Shown: one piece after another, positions 17,510 to 26,758 of the stretch
Numbering within the stretch: the stretch's first letter is position 1
How the letters are laid out: each line of letters begins with the position of its first letter
Assembly (NCBI GenBank): GCA_044347025.1
Contig: JBIIYC010000001.1
Location: 1-48,937, forward strand
Direction: 5' to 3'
Length of the DNA: 48,937 nucleotides
Source of the DNA: Bdellovibrionota bacterium
GTDB lineage: Bacteria; Bdellovibrionota_C; UBA2361; OMII01
The notes under the pieces: generated by a model
The model's input: the letters and a program-made list of their open reading frames with translations, nothing else
Database searches by the model: none
What the model was told of the DNA's origin: nothing
Program-made: the position numbers and the translations under genes

Positions 17510-18805
17510 ATGGCGCAGGAATCAATTAAAGCAACCGGATTAAAAGGAGCGCTGCTAGCATTCGCCGCCTCACCACGTTATGCGGTCTTAAAGAACCTCC
17601 AGGTGGGAAGGCTGCTCCCTGAAGAATGTGACTTCAACAGCCCTCTATCGGAATTGACACTCGAGTCCCTGGTTGAGCTTGGTAGCGCGCGAATCGTTGG
17701 TTCAAACGCGCTTACGTTACGTCAGGAAGCAACCCTAGTAGAGCTGTTGAGCTCTCTGGCGACTGCCGAGGAGGATATCGTGCAGCCGACGCAAGTTAGT
17801 GAGGTATCGGACCGGCCGCTAGCTACGGGAACCGAGAGTGCAGCGACTACCTTCGGCAGCGTTCAGCTGGAGCTTATGCTTCGTCAACGCCTGGAGGCCC
17901 TGGCGTCCCACGAACGATATGCGTCGATTTGCCGTCGGACATTGGGTGAGTACTGGGATCCTCGGTGGACGCCTGCACCCTTTGAACAGGCACTTCGTCT
18001 TGAGCAGCTCGTAAAGATGGACGTGACGGTCCTTTTTAAAAAGCGGACTGTCAATGATGATCGCGTCTTTCGTATATGCTGCGCACTCGAGCGTGCTGTC
18101 CAGTCCTTGGCGGTTCCGGCGATTGATGCGGCTGTCAGCTCACCAGAGTCTACGCCTGCAATTCGGGCGTACTCGCTGGACGCAGCAGGAGTGCAGGTTG
18201 ATGCCGTGGAGTGGCGTATTACCGATAGCCGTCTCTCGTCCCCGAAAAAAGCGATCGTTGAACTCATCGCTATCGCAGCACGGCATCAGCAAGACCCAAC
18301 CCTACATCAGTTATTACTGGCTGTAATTCGAACCTTTTCTCCAGATGAATTCATACAGATCGTTTTCGGAGAAGATCTCTCTCCAGAACTCACCAAACGG
18401 ATGAAGCAGGTGGTCGAGGAGATATTGCAGGCAGACCGGTGTCAACTGGTATCAGTGTTGCTGCAAGGGCCTGGAGTGCACATCACAGCGGTAGCGCATA
18501 TGTTATCAAGTGCTGCACGAAATGAAGGTGCTGTCATTGAGCTGCTTGCTGTACTGATCGCGAGAGCAATGGGTGCGCACCCCGTACAGTACAAAGGGGT
18601 GCTCTGCGAAGGATTCTGGACCCTTAATAGTGACCTCATAGGCCACCTAATCGCGGAAGCTCAGAAGTCCCCCAAGAAGCTTCCCCGCGGGCAAACTGAG
18701 ACGTCCTCATCACCTACGTTGGACCCGATCTTGCTTGATTGGATTAGGGCTCAATGCGGGCTCCGTAGTTCGGGCAAAAGGTGCCCACGAACAAAGCGTA
18801 AGTAG
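17510..18805 (+). CDS. Hypothetical protein (no domain recognised)
   Basis: ORF 17468..18805. The ATG at 17510 is preceded by AGAGGAAA 10 nt upstream. It is transcribed divergently from the RNB-like gene and ends in a basic C-terminal tail. Confidence 0.55.
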   Translation: MAQESIKATGLKGALLAFAASPRYAVLKNLQVGRLLPEECDFNSPLSELTLESLVELGSARIVGSNALTLRQEATLVELLSSLATAEEDIVQPTQVSEVSDRPLATGTESAATTFGSVQLELMLRQRLEALASHERYASICRRTLGEYWDPRWTPAPFEQALRLEQLVKMDVTVLFKKRTVNDDRVFRICCALERAVQSLAVPAIDAAVSSPESTPAIRAYSLDAAGVQVDAVEWRITDSRLSSPKKAIVELIAIAARHQQDPTLHQLLLAVIRTFSPDEFIQIVFGEDLSPELTKRMKQVVEEILQADRCQLVSVLLQGPGVHITAVAHMLSSAARNEGAVIELLAVLIARAMGAHPVQYKGVLCEGFWTLNSDLIGHLIAEAQKSPKKLPRGQTETSSSPTLDPILLDWIRAQCGLRSSGKRCPRTKRK

Positions 18806-18940
18806 CTAGAGCTGCGTCTGTGAACGGCTCCCCGGCGGCATTGTTTGCCGGGGCGTAGTCACATATGGCAAATGGGAGTGACTACGTTACATCTCATCAG
18901 CTGGCGGTTTTTGTAGCTGCTTCTTAAACGGAAGAGAACG

Positions 18941-20350
18941 ATGGCAGCCGTTACATTCTCAGGAATCGCCTCGGGGCTCGATACCCAAGCGTTAATCGAT
19001 GCTTCAACAGCAGCGTCACGGCAAACTCGGGTCAAACCGGATCAGGACCGCGTCACAAAACTTGAGGCAACAAATACTGCGCTCGAAGAACTCACGACCA
19101 AGTTAGAAACACTACGCACGAATTTAAGGGTGTTTACGACACTCTCCGGCGGAGGGGTCAGTAAAACTGGGACCAGCAGCAAAGAATCGGTGGTCTCCGC
19201 GAGTGCTACCAGCGCAGCCTCGAACGGAAGCTACTCGGTAACGGTCAACAATCTTGCCAGTAATCACACCTACAGTTTGAATACCACCTATGCCAGCACC
19301 GATAGCCCACTTCAAAGCTCGTTAACCGGCGCCGAGTCGGCCTCTGATCGAACAGTCACGTTTACGATCGGCACCGGAGCGGAGATGGAGACGGTCAACA
19401 TCGAAGTGCCAGATGGCACGTATACCCTTCAGCAGTTCGCTGATGCGTTCAACACAAGCAGCACTAAGGCCCGCGCCTCGGTCGTTAATACCGGCACGGC
19501 TGGAAGTCCTGCTTACAAGCTCGTCATTTCCTCTATATACGAGGGCACAGAGAAGGGAACGATTGCCCGCACTGCTCTCGGAGCGGGGCTGACTAACCTC
19601 ACTGGGTATGCCGAGAATGCAGCCAATGATGCATCGGTCACCATCGCGGGTATCGGCACGATCACTCGCTCTTCAAATAGCATCTCCGACATTATACCGG
19701 GAGTTACGCTCGCGCTAAATTCACTCGGGAGTTCGACCGTTAAGATATCAGAGGATGCAGCCTCAACGATCACTAAGCTCAAAGATGTTGTTGATTCCTT
19801 CAACGAAATAGTCACTTTCATTGCCGAAAATAATACCGTAACCAGAGAGGATAACGGTAAAGAGGTAAGTAATACCTTTGCGGCCCTCGCAAACACGCGC
19901 ATGGATGATAATGCGCTGCAGAATATTCGGGATGCATTTTCGAAGGCGGTAGCAAGTGGAGGAACCTCTGTCCGGATCCTGGCAGATTTGGGAGTTACAA
20001 CGCAACGAGATGGAACGCTCAAGTTCGACTCAGCGAAGTTCCAAGAAGCGCTCTCTGCCGAGTCTGCGAGCGTCAGCACAATCTTGAACTCTTTAGCTGA
20101 TACGACCGCAAATACCGGCGGAACTATTGATCAGTATACGCGATATAATGGTCTCCTGGGCGTCTCGGTAAACAGCAACAAGACGACTATCTCCGACCTC
20201 AACTCGCGTATTTCAGAAGCCGAGAAGGATATTCAGCGGCAGGCAGACGCCCTCAAAGCTCGCTACTCGCGACTGGAATCCCTAATGGGCAAGTTGCAGA
20301 GCCAACAGTCCTCGCTCACGTCTGCGCTTGCTGGGTTAGGAAAGCAGTAA
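18941..20350 (+). CDS. fliD: Flagellar filament capping protein FliD
   Basis: 469 aa. The N-terminus ITFSGIASGLDTQALIDA...LEATNTALEELTTKLETLR and the C-terminal coiled coil RYSRLESLMGKLQSQQSSL match the FliD N and C domains. The centre is Thr/Ser-rich. Confidence 0.85.
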   Translation: MAAVTFSGIASGLDTQALIDASTAASRQTRVKPDQDRVTKLEATNTALEELTTKLETLRTNLRVFTTLSGGGVSKTGTSSKESVVSASATSAASNGSYSVTVNNLASNHTYSLNTTYASTDSPLQSSLTGAESASDRTVTFTIGTGAEMETVNIEVPDGTYTLQQFADAFNTSSTKARASVVNTGTAGSPAYKLVISSIYEGTEKGTIARTALGAGLTNLTGYAENAANDASVTIAGIGTITRSSNSISDIIPGVTLALNSLGSSTVKISEDAASTITKLKDVVDSFNEIVTFIAENNTVTREDNGKEVSNTFAALANTRMDDNALQNIRDAFSKAVASGGTSVRILADLGVTTQRDGTLKFDSAKFQEALSAESASVSTILNSLADTTANTGGTIDQYTRYNGLLGVSVNSNKTTISDLNSRISEAEKDIQRQADALKARYSRLESLMGKLQSQQSSLTSALAGLGKQ

Positions 20351-20462
20351 CCGTATCTTCGATTCAATCGAAGCGAATTATTGGGATTGGTAGGATGTGA
20401 GTCCGCGCTTTGAAAGTGTCGTATGGTTCTGGCCGGTCTCTCGCCGACAACGTTGCGTGCCG

Positions 20463-20641
20463 CTAGCAGGGTGGTGAAAAAAGGTTCCGTAGTTAGCAAT
20501 TTGAGAGTTTTGACGAACCAAGGCGGGGACGACGAAAAAGCCGGAGGCGTGTCCTCTGAGGATTTTTTCGGCGGCTCCAACGAAGTTGCAGTCAAACTAT
20601 CGAAATGCGGAACAGGAATTCTTTTGTCACCACCCTGTTAA
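20463..20641 (+). repeat. MITE-like near-palindromic repeat, copy 2 (best-preserved archetype)
   Basis: CTAG-CAGGGTGGTGAAAAAAGG ... CTTTTGTCACCACCCTG-TTAA. The left half is largely the reverse complement of the right half. The apex CCGGAGGCGTGTCCTCTGAGG is flanked by CGAAAAA / TTTTTTCG. Confidence 0.85.
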
Positions 20642-20643
20642 GC

Positions 20644-21561
20644 TCAATTCGTAGCGCTGGGGTGCATCTGAGCCCGTGAGGTTGCTTCATCTGCGTTTGC
20701 TTTGACCATAACCAGTGGGGCTTCTTTCTCTGGAAGCGGCGAGAACGATTCGAGTTCGACCGTGACGCTTCCGATAAACACAGAGCTCACAATCTTGAGA
20801 ACCTCGCGCTCATTGTCATCGGATACGTAAATAAAGGCCTGGCGTAACTTCGACTTCGGCTTTGTGGTTGTCAGGTTTCGCACTTGAGGGGTAATAGCGA
20901 TTACCTTACGAGGCTCCCCTTTATACTCAATCGTGGTTCGTTCGACTGCCGTAAGAGAGATAAAGTAACGGCTCTTGCCGTTGAACACATCGAAGTGCTT
21001 CGTTTCGCCAATTGTCCAATCAAGACTGCGCGCTAGAAATGCGGCGCCTACTGGATCGAGCGTCATGTTATTCGGCTCGAATGATAGGTGTTTTTTATCC
21101 GGGTCAATGACCCCCTTGCCTCGAACCGCACTCACGGTGCCTTGCTCGGGCTCGAACGACATCTCGATAGTCTTCTGGCGTGAGTTTTCCCGATGGTCGA
21201 TCGAGAGGCTGATTGAGGTGAAGTCCTTCGCTGAGATAACCCCAATCGCGTCGTAGCGAAGCTTGTATAGGAGATCAACACCACTGTACGTCCTGGCAGC
21301 GGCATCGATGACATAGGTATCTCCGCGTCGTGATATCGTCACCGCACAACTTGCAGCGGTAATACCCTCCCAACCGACTGAGTACTCGTACACCCCAAGC
21401 TGGGGCCTAAAGCCCAGGGATCCAGGCTTATAGAAAGGCGTCGTCACCTTCACGAGATCGGGAGATATATAGTCGTCAGCGCGCACAGATTTCGAGCAGT
21501 AAAGAATGGTTGTTGCGACAACACCAAGAGCACAGACAGTGCTAAAAACCCCTCTCATCAT
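20644..21561 (-). CDS. DUF3108-like secreted protein
   Basis: 305 aa with an N-terminal signal peptide. The pattern YEYSVGWEGITAASCAVTI...YVIDAAARTYSGVDLLYKLRYD resembles the DUF3108 beta-barrel-like family. Confidence 0.6.
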   Translation of the reverse strand: MMRGVFSTVCALGVVATTILYCSKSVRADDYISPDLVKVTTPFYKPGSLGFRPQLGVYEYSVGWEGITAASCAVTISRRGDTYVIDAAARTYSGVDLLYKLRYDAIGVISAKDFTSISLSIDHRENSRQKTIEMSFEPEQGTVSAVRGKGVIDPDKKHLSFEPNNMTLDPVGAAFLARSLDWTIGETKHFDVFNGKSRYFISLTAVERTTIEYKGEPRKVIAITPQVRNLTTTKPKSKLRQAFIYVSDDNEREVLKIVSSVFIGSVTVELESFSPLPEKEAPLVMVKANADEATSRAQMHPSATN

Positions 21562-21662
21562 AGGACGTACGGTCTTGGCATTTGCGGGTAAATCGATTCC
21601 TTGATAGTAACGGTCCGTGATGTGTTGCGCCAGCAGGATTACCGACCTGTTCCTGTGGTGCC

Positions 21663-22295
21663 ATGTATGCAGGCAAGGTGCCGCAATTCAAACGACGTTG
21701 GTTTGGCGTGAGTCGATCTGTGTTTCAATCTGATTGTCCCGGTGTGTTTGGGATCGTATCTCGTATCGTGGCGGAGACAGAATGTGCTGCCGTGGCGAAT
21801 GCTTATGAGGTTGCGAAATCTCACGGCGGAAATGATGAGCACGGCACCAACCGAGAGCAGGGGGTCTCATTTAACCCCCGCCTCGGAAGAATACTCTCGA
21901 TTCTTATCCAGGATGGGCACGTGCACGAAGTGAATGTGCTTCGATGTGCGCTCTACGCCTCAACCAGCCTTAGTGAGGCAGATCTTCATCACGTTGTGCC
22001 CACCGAGTTGCTGGAGATGGTGCTCCAGGTGCGAAGTCGTCCTATGGCATCAGATGCGGCACGTGCCATTCAGCTCGCCTGGGCGCTCGATGGGGTTCGA
22101 CACCTTCACATGACCGATCTGCCTTTCGTTGAGCGGATGCGCTTGCTGAAGCACTACGACGACGTATTGCGATTACACGCGGTTTCCAAGTCTGCAGAGC
22201 CCCTCGTGATAAAATTGCGACACGCTATGACCTTGCAGCGCCGACGGCTCGCTTTTGATCAGGGCGCGGAGGAGTATCCGGGAGATGAAAACTAA
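21663..22295 (+). CDS. Hypothetical protein
   Basis: 210-aa ORF. Its stop codon lies 1 nt before the plsC ATG, which suggests co-transcription. No confident motif, and the start codon is uncertain. Confidence 0.45.
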   Translation: MYAGKVPQFKRRWFGVSRSVFQSDCPGVFGIVSRIVAETECAAVANAYEVAKSHGGNDEHGTNREQGVSFNPRLGRILSILIQDGHVHEVNVLRCALYASTSLSEADLHHVVPTELLEMVLQVRSRPMASDAARAIQLAWALDGVRHLHMTDLPFVERMRLLKHYDDVLRLHAVSKSAEPLVIKLRHAMTLQRRRLAFDQGAEEYPGDEN

Positions 22296-22296
22296 C

Positions 22297-23079
22297 ATGA
22301 CGTATTCAACGGCTCCTCAGAGGTCCTTGCGTCATCCGATACTAAGCTGGATGTGCACTATTCCTTATACAGTCGTTTTTATTCTTATATTGGTGCTGTT
22401 TCATCCCGTTCACTGTATTGCGGCACTGTTCGGTTCGCGAGCGCATAAGTGGACCCTCGAGATCATGAATCTCTGCATCATTTGGAATATACGGATTCTC
22501 ACGGGCGCTCGATACCGTGTGGTTGGGTCGGCCAACCTTCCCAAAGACCGGTCCGTCATTATTATCTCGAATCATCAGAGTATGTACGACATTCCGATGA
22601 TCATGTGGGCATGCAGAAGTAGAGAAGTTGGCTTCATTGCGAAGAAGGAGCTCGGGCGGTGGATTCCGAGCATCTCGTTTGCCCTTCGACGGCTTGGCTC
22701 CGTCCTGATTGACCGCAAGGATGCAGCCCAGGCTGTTCGTGACATTGAGGAGTTTGGGAGAGTCAAAGATATGCAGCGCCAGGTAGCGGCTATCTTTCCC
22801 GAGGGTACGAGGGCTCGGGACGGCGCACTGAAGCGATTTAAGAGCACCGGGGTCAACGCACTCGTACGAACGATGCCCAGCGCGATTATTCAGCCAGTGG
22901 CCGTGAAGGGTAACTGGGAGCTCCTCCGATACAATTTCTGGCCACTGCCGTGGGGAACTTCCATAGAGCTGGAGTTCTTGGAGCCCCTGGAGCCTAGCGA
23001 TATGAACGGGCGGGATCTGACAGCGGAGGTGGAAAGCCGAATTCGGGTCGCTGTTGAGGCGTTTCAGAGCCCTCTCTAG
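22297..23079 (+). CDS. plsC: 1-acyl-sn-glycerol-3-phosphate acyltransferase
   Basis: HX4D motif SNHQSMYDIP and the FPEGTRARDG motif. It has N-terminal membrane helices. The ATG at 22297 is preceded by GGAG. The ORF track start at 22255 overlaps the previous gene. Confidence 0.85.
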   Translation: MTYSTAPQRSLRHPILSWMCTIPYTVVFILILVLFHPVHCIAALFGSRAHKWTLEIMNLCIIWNIRILTGARYRVVGSANLPKDRSVIIISNHQSMYDIPMIMWACRSREVGFIAKKELGRWIPSISFALRRLGSVLIDRKDAAQAVRDIEEFGRVKDMQRQVAAIFPEGTRARDGALKRFKSTGVNALVRTMPSAIIQPVAVKGNWELLRYNFWPLPWGTSIELEFLEPLEPSDMNGRDLTAEVESRIRVAVEAFQSPL

Positions 23080-23133
23080 CAGGGAGGGGGTTTGCCTCGC
23101 TTCCCTAGGGAACCCTGTTCACCACCCTGCTAG
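23076..23133. repeat. 58-nt miniature derivative of the MITE-like repeat
   Basis: CTAG-CAGGGAGGGGG...GTTCACCACCCTG-CTAG. It keeps both termini and identical CTAG flanks, and the interior is deleted. The left CTAG contains the plsC TAG stop codon. Confidence 0.65.
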
Positions 23134-23210
23134 GAGGGATTCTTCCCGGAATTCGGCTCCTATACTTGAATTATGAAACGATTCCGCATAAACATAGAGG
23201 CTCAGGCTGG

Positions 23211-23293
23211 GCCGGAGTGGCGGAATGGTAGACGCGGCGGATTCAAAATCCGCTACCTGCGAGGGTGTGGGGGTTCAAGTCCCTTCTTCGGTA
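23211..23293 (+). tRNA. tRNA-Leu (anticodon CAA)
   Basis: GCCGGAGTGGCGGAATGGTAGACGCGGCGGATTCAAAATCCGC... with a long variable arm (class II). Anticodon loop TTCAAAA, T-arm GGGGGTTCAAGTCCCTT, and acceptor GCCGGAG/CTTCGGT with two G:U pairs. No encoded CCA. Confidence 0.8.
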
Positions 23294-23336
23294 TTTTCCC
23301 TGCTCAAGCCTGTTCATAATCAAGCAGAGACACCGC

Positions 23337-23813
23337 ATGGCGCAAACAGTATATTCGTCGCACAACGTTCCCGTTGTTCAGGGCGCACGCGTAGCCATCG
23401 TCATGTCCAAGTGGTACAGCGAGTACTCACACTCGATGATACGCAAGTGTAAGGAGGTTCTCGCAGCTGCACAGTGTCAGGAGCCAGAGGTACATGTCTT
23501 ACCGGGATGCCTTGAGATCCCACTCGCGGTTCGGCGCCTGGCCAAACGAGACCCGATGCTCGAAGCTGTGATCGTGTTTGGCGTAATTCTCAAAGGGGAT
23601 ACCTACCACTTCGATATGGTAAAAGACCTTACGATGAGCGGCCTTGAGAAGGTTATGTTCGAGTTTGATATCCCTGTCATCAACGAAGTGCTCCCGGTAA
23701 CTCGCATCGAAGATGCAGCTGCGCGTGCTGCAGATGATAACAAAAATAAGGGCATCGAAGCTGGACTAGCCGCAGCGGAGATTATCGCGTGGCGACGGGC
23801 GAATCCGTTGTAA
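23337..23813 (+). CDS. ribH: 6,7-dimethyl-8-ribityllumazine synthase
   Basis: The ATG at 23337 lies inside ORF 23265..23813, whose upstream part overlaps the tRNA. The pattern RVAIVMSKWYSEY...VLPGCLEIPLA...VIVFGVILKGDTYHFDMV...NEVL is typical of lumazine synthase. Confidence 0.9.
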   Translation: MAQTVYSSHNVPVVQGARVAIVMSKWYSEYSHSMIRKCKEVLAAAQCQEPEVHVLPGCLEIPLAVRRLAKRDPMLEAVIVFGVILKGDTYHFDMVKDLTMSGLEKVMFEFDIPVINEVLPVTRIEDAAARAADDNKNKGIEAGLAAAEIIAWRRANPL

Positions 23814-23829
23814 GCTGCCCGCGCAGACA

Positions 23830-25212
23830 TCACCGCTCTTTCTGGCAGGCGCGAAACATCTCTTCAGCGTGAATCTTCTGGCGGGAGTGCTCAACGATCG
23901 GATTGGGGTAATTTACGGAACGGGTGATGTCCTGTTCGTGCATCGTGTGAATATACCCGCTGGAGAGCTGCCTCAACTCAGGAATCCACTTTTTAATGTA
24001 GACACAGTCTGGGTCAAAGCGCTTCTGCTGAAGCCAGGGATTGAATATGCGAAAGTACGGTTGAGCGTCGCATCCGGTTGATGCCGCCCATTGCCAACTT
24101 CCGTTGTTTACCGACGGATCGTAGTCGGTGAGGTGTTGGGCAAAGAATGCTTCGCCTCGGCGCCAACTTATGTGGAGATCCTTTACGAGGAACGAGGCTA
24201 CGATCATGCGCACGCGGTTGTGCATAAACCCTGTTGAGACGAGTTCCCGCATGCCTGCATCCACTATCGGAAAACCAGTCTGGCCCTGGCACCACTTTTC
24301 AAATAGGGCATCGTCACTATTCCACTCAATTGCGTCGTAGATTGAGTGAAATGCATGGCCAAACACTTTCGGGAAATGCCACCCAATATGCGTGAAGAAA
24401 TCTCTCCAATAGAGTTCGCGGATGAGGGTGTGCGAGGCGCCAAGCTTGGCAGCTATGCAATGATAGACCTCGCGGATGGAAACGGTCCCAAATTTATTGT
24501 GGGAAGCCAGGAGAGTTGTACCACGAAGCGCCGGCAGATTTCGCTCGTCTTCGTAGTTCTTGAAATCTTTGATACTCGCGAGGATCTCGAGCGCTTTGCT
24601 GCGCCCACCAATACTCATCCGTTGGGGTGCTGAGTTCTGTGGCCAGAAATCCCTCGGAGACACAACCGCTCCTTTATATGACGTGCCACCGAAAGTGCCT
24701 TTGCGAACCGAAACCGGCTCGTTCACTGGGAGCTTCTGCGCCTTCTTGAAGAAAGGAGTATACACCGTATAGGGCTTGCCATCATCCTTGGCAAAGGTCT
24801 CCGGATCTACGAGCAAAAGATCCGTGCAGGCCGTAAACGGTATCGAAGCTCGGTCGCACACTGCCGCTAGAGCTTGGTCGCGCTTTATACTGAATGGCGT
24901 GTAGTCCTTGTTTACAAACACGGCCTCCAACGAGAGCTTTTGAATGAGGTTTTCCAAGACGTGAGAGGGGTCTCCGTGGAGAAACAAAAGCTTCCCGCCT
25001 CGAGCAGCGACCGCGTCCGCAAGCTCCTCAAGGCTTTCGATCATAAACGCTAATCCATTCACCGAACGGTAGGGGTGGGGCTGTACCTGAGCATCGTTAA
25101 ATATAAAACAGGTAACGACTTCTTCTGCATTTAGTAACGCGGCGTTAAGCGCGGTGTTGTCGTCGATTCGAAGGTCCCTGCGAAAGATGTGAAGCGCTCG
25201 TTTGTATTTCAT
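23830..25212 (-). CDS. phrB: Deoxyribodipyrimidine (CPD) photolyase / cryptochrome-photolyase family, class I-like
   Basis: ALHIFRRDLRIDDNTALN, WRDFF, TGFPIVDAGMREL, MHNRVRMIVASFL, NNGSWQWAASTG and PYFRIFNP. The ATG at 25212 is preferred. The ORF track start at 25233 is a TTG that overlaps the upstream gene. Confidence 0.9.
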   Translation of the reverse strand: MKYKRALHIFRRDLRIDDNTALNAALLNAEEVVTCFIFNDAQVQPHPYRSVNGLAFMIESLEELADAVAARGGKLLFLHGDPSHVLENLIQKLSLEAVFVNKDYTPFSIKRDQALAAVCDRASIPFTACTDLLLVDPETFAKDDGKPYTVYTPFFKKAQKLPVNEPVSVRKGTFGGTSYKGAVVSPRDFWPQNSAPQRMSIGGRSKALEILASIKDFKNYEDERNLPALRGTTLLASHNKFGTVSIREVYHCIAAKLGASHTLIRELYWRDFFTHIGWHFPKVFGHAFHSIYDAIEWNSDDALFEKWCQGQTGFPIVDAGMRELVSTGFMHNRVRMIVASFLVKDLHISWRRGEAFFAQHLTDYDPSVNNGSWQWAASTGCDAQPYFRIFNPWLQQKRFDPDCVYIKKWIPELRQLSSGYIHTMHEQDITRSVNYPNPIVEHSRQKIHAEEMFRACQKER

Positions 25213-25219
25213 GATGCGA

Positions 25220-26758
25220 CTATAGTTCTTCAATCGAGTTTAAAATGCTAGCGGCTTTATCTGAGATGGCGCGTTTATCCTTCTCGGACATTTTAGCGAG
25301 GAGTTGATATCCCATACCTATTCTTGGGTTTCGCTCCAACTTGTCACGGTTTCGCATTAAAAAATCCCAATACAGGGTGTTGAACGGACATCCACGATCG
25401 CCGAACTTCTCCTTGTAGTTGTAGTGGCACCCAGAGCAATAGTTGGACATTTTATTGATGTATTGAGCGCTTGAGGTATAGGGCTTCGTCCCCACAATTC
25501 CGCCATCGGCAAATTGGCTCATGCCGCGCGTATTAGGAAGTTGCACCCATTCAAGGGCATCGGCATAGATTCCCAAGTACCAGGCGTCTACCTCGTCAGG
25601 ATTGAGCCCTGCTAGGATGCTAAAATTGCCCGTGACCATCAGCCGTTGAATATGGTGGGCATAGCTCTCTTCAAGAGATTGAGACACTGCATGCTGAACA
25701 CATTTCATTTTGGTGTTGGCATCCCAGAAATAGTGGGGAAGCGGGCGATGCGCGTCGAGATAGTTAAGCGTTTTATAGCGGGGCATCTGGGTCCAATAAA
25801 TACCCCGCATAAATTCTCGCCAGCCGGCGATCTGTCTCACGAAACCCTCGATCTGGGGAAGTGATATCGCTCCTCGAGATCGTTCAAACGCAGCAATCGC
25901 CGCGTCTATTACCTCACGCGGCGAGATGAGCTTTACATTCATAGAGAAGGATAGTCTCGAGTGGTAGAGAAATCGATGCTCGGTATGCATTGCATCTTGG
26001 TAGGACCCGAACTCGGGAAGGAGTCGTTCGCAAAAATAGGTAAGCAGTTCAAGGGACTCCTCTCGTGTGGTTGGCCATGCGAATCGCGATGGATCAACAG
26101 TACCGATTGAGCGCACGCCCTGTTCCTTGAGCAGGGACACGATCTCGCGAACATCTTTCGAAAACTCTAGTGCTGGAGGTGGTGTTACGCCGGCCGGAAG
26201 CTTTTTCCGATTCTCGGCGTCGAAGTTCCAACGGTCTCCGAGCGGGCCTCCGTTGCTCATGAGAAACCCCTCTCGTTTGCGAACTTCTCGATAGAAAAGC
26301 TCCATCGTAAAGCGCTTGTGACCCTTGAAAACAGCGGAGAAGAAATCGGGCTCGGTCAGAAAGTGCTCCGAGAGAACTTTTCTGCTTGGAATCGAGAGTT
26401 GCTCAGTCAGGGCAAGAAGCTCTTCTTGTACTCGATACTCATCCGGCTGCTGGTATTCAAAAGCCGAATAATCACCCGATTCGAGGATCGCTCGAAGCGT
26501 ACTAGAAAACGACTGCTTATTCTCCGGGGCATCGAGGGTGATGTATCGAACCGAGTATCCTTGTGAGCGGAGTTGGCTCGCGAACTGACGCATTGAGAGG
26601 AAAAAAGCGATGATCTTCTGAATATGGTGCGTAACGTAGGAGGTTTCCGATTTCACCTCCATCATGATGTACTCCGCCGCACGCGGGGCGTCCTTATACC
26701 AGGAGTGGTGAATGTTAAGTTGGTCCCCGAGGATGAGGCGCGCGATAGGTTTCTTCAT
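25220..26758 (-). CDS. Fe-S bacterial cryptochrome/photolyase (FeS-BCP, PhrB/CryB-type (6-4) photolyase family)
   Basis: 512 aa of the COG3046-type 'photolyase-related protein'. The C-terminal cysteine pattern C-x2-C-x12-C ([20 protein letters not shown]), plus an upstream Cys (KMKCVQ), matches the [4Fe-4S] ligand spacing known for this family. Confidence 0.85.
   Translation of the reverse strand: MKKPIARLILGDQLNIHHSWYKDAPRAAEYIMMEVKSETSYVTHHIQKIIAFFLSMRQFASQLRSQGYSVRYITLDAPENKQSFSSTLRAILESGDYSAFEYQQPDEYRVQEELLALTEQLSIPSRKVLSEHFLTEPDFFSAVFKGHKRFTMELFYREVRKREGFLMSNGGPLGDRWNFDAENRKKLPAGVTPPPALEFSKDVREIVSLLKEQGVRSIGTVDPSRFAWPTTREESLELLTYFCERLLPEFGSYQDAMHTEHRFLYHSRLSFSMNVKLISPREVIDAAIAAFERSRGAISLPQIEGFVRQIAGWREFMRGIYWTQMPRYKTLNYLDAHRPLPHYFWDANTKMKCVQHAVSQSLEESYAHHIQRLMVTGNFSILAGLNPDEVDAWYLGIYADALEWVQLPNTRGMSQFADGGIVGTKPYTSSAQYINKMSNYCSGCHYNYKEKFGDRGCPFNTLYWDFLMRNRDKLERNPRIGMGYQLLAKMSEKDKRAISDKAASILNSIEEL

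Noticed and set aside
19513-20079. 188-aa ORF antisense to fliD
   Set aside because: It lies opposite a supported FliD frame. The Ser/Ala/Thr-rich mirror composition is an artefact of FliD codon bias.
23294-23336. Possible FMN riboswitch ahead of ribH
   Set aside because: Only 43 nt separate tRNA-Leu and the ribH ATG. That is far too short for an FMN aptamer, and none of its conserved segments is present.
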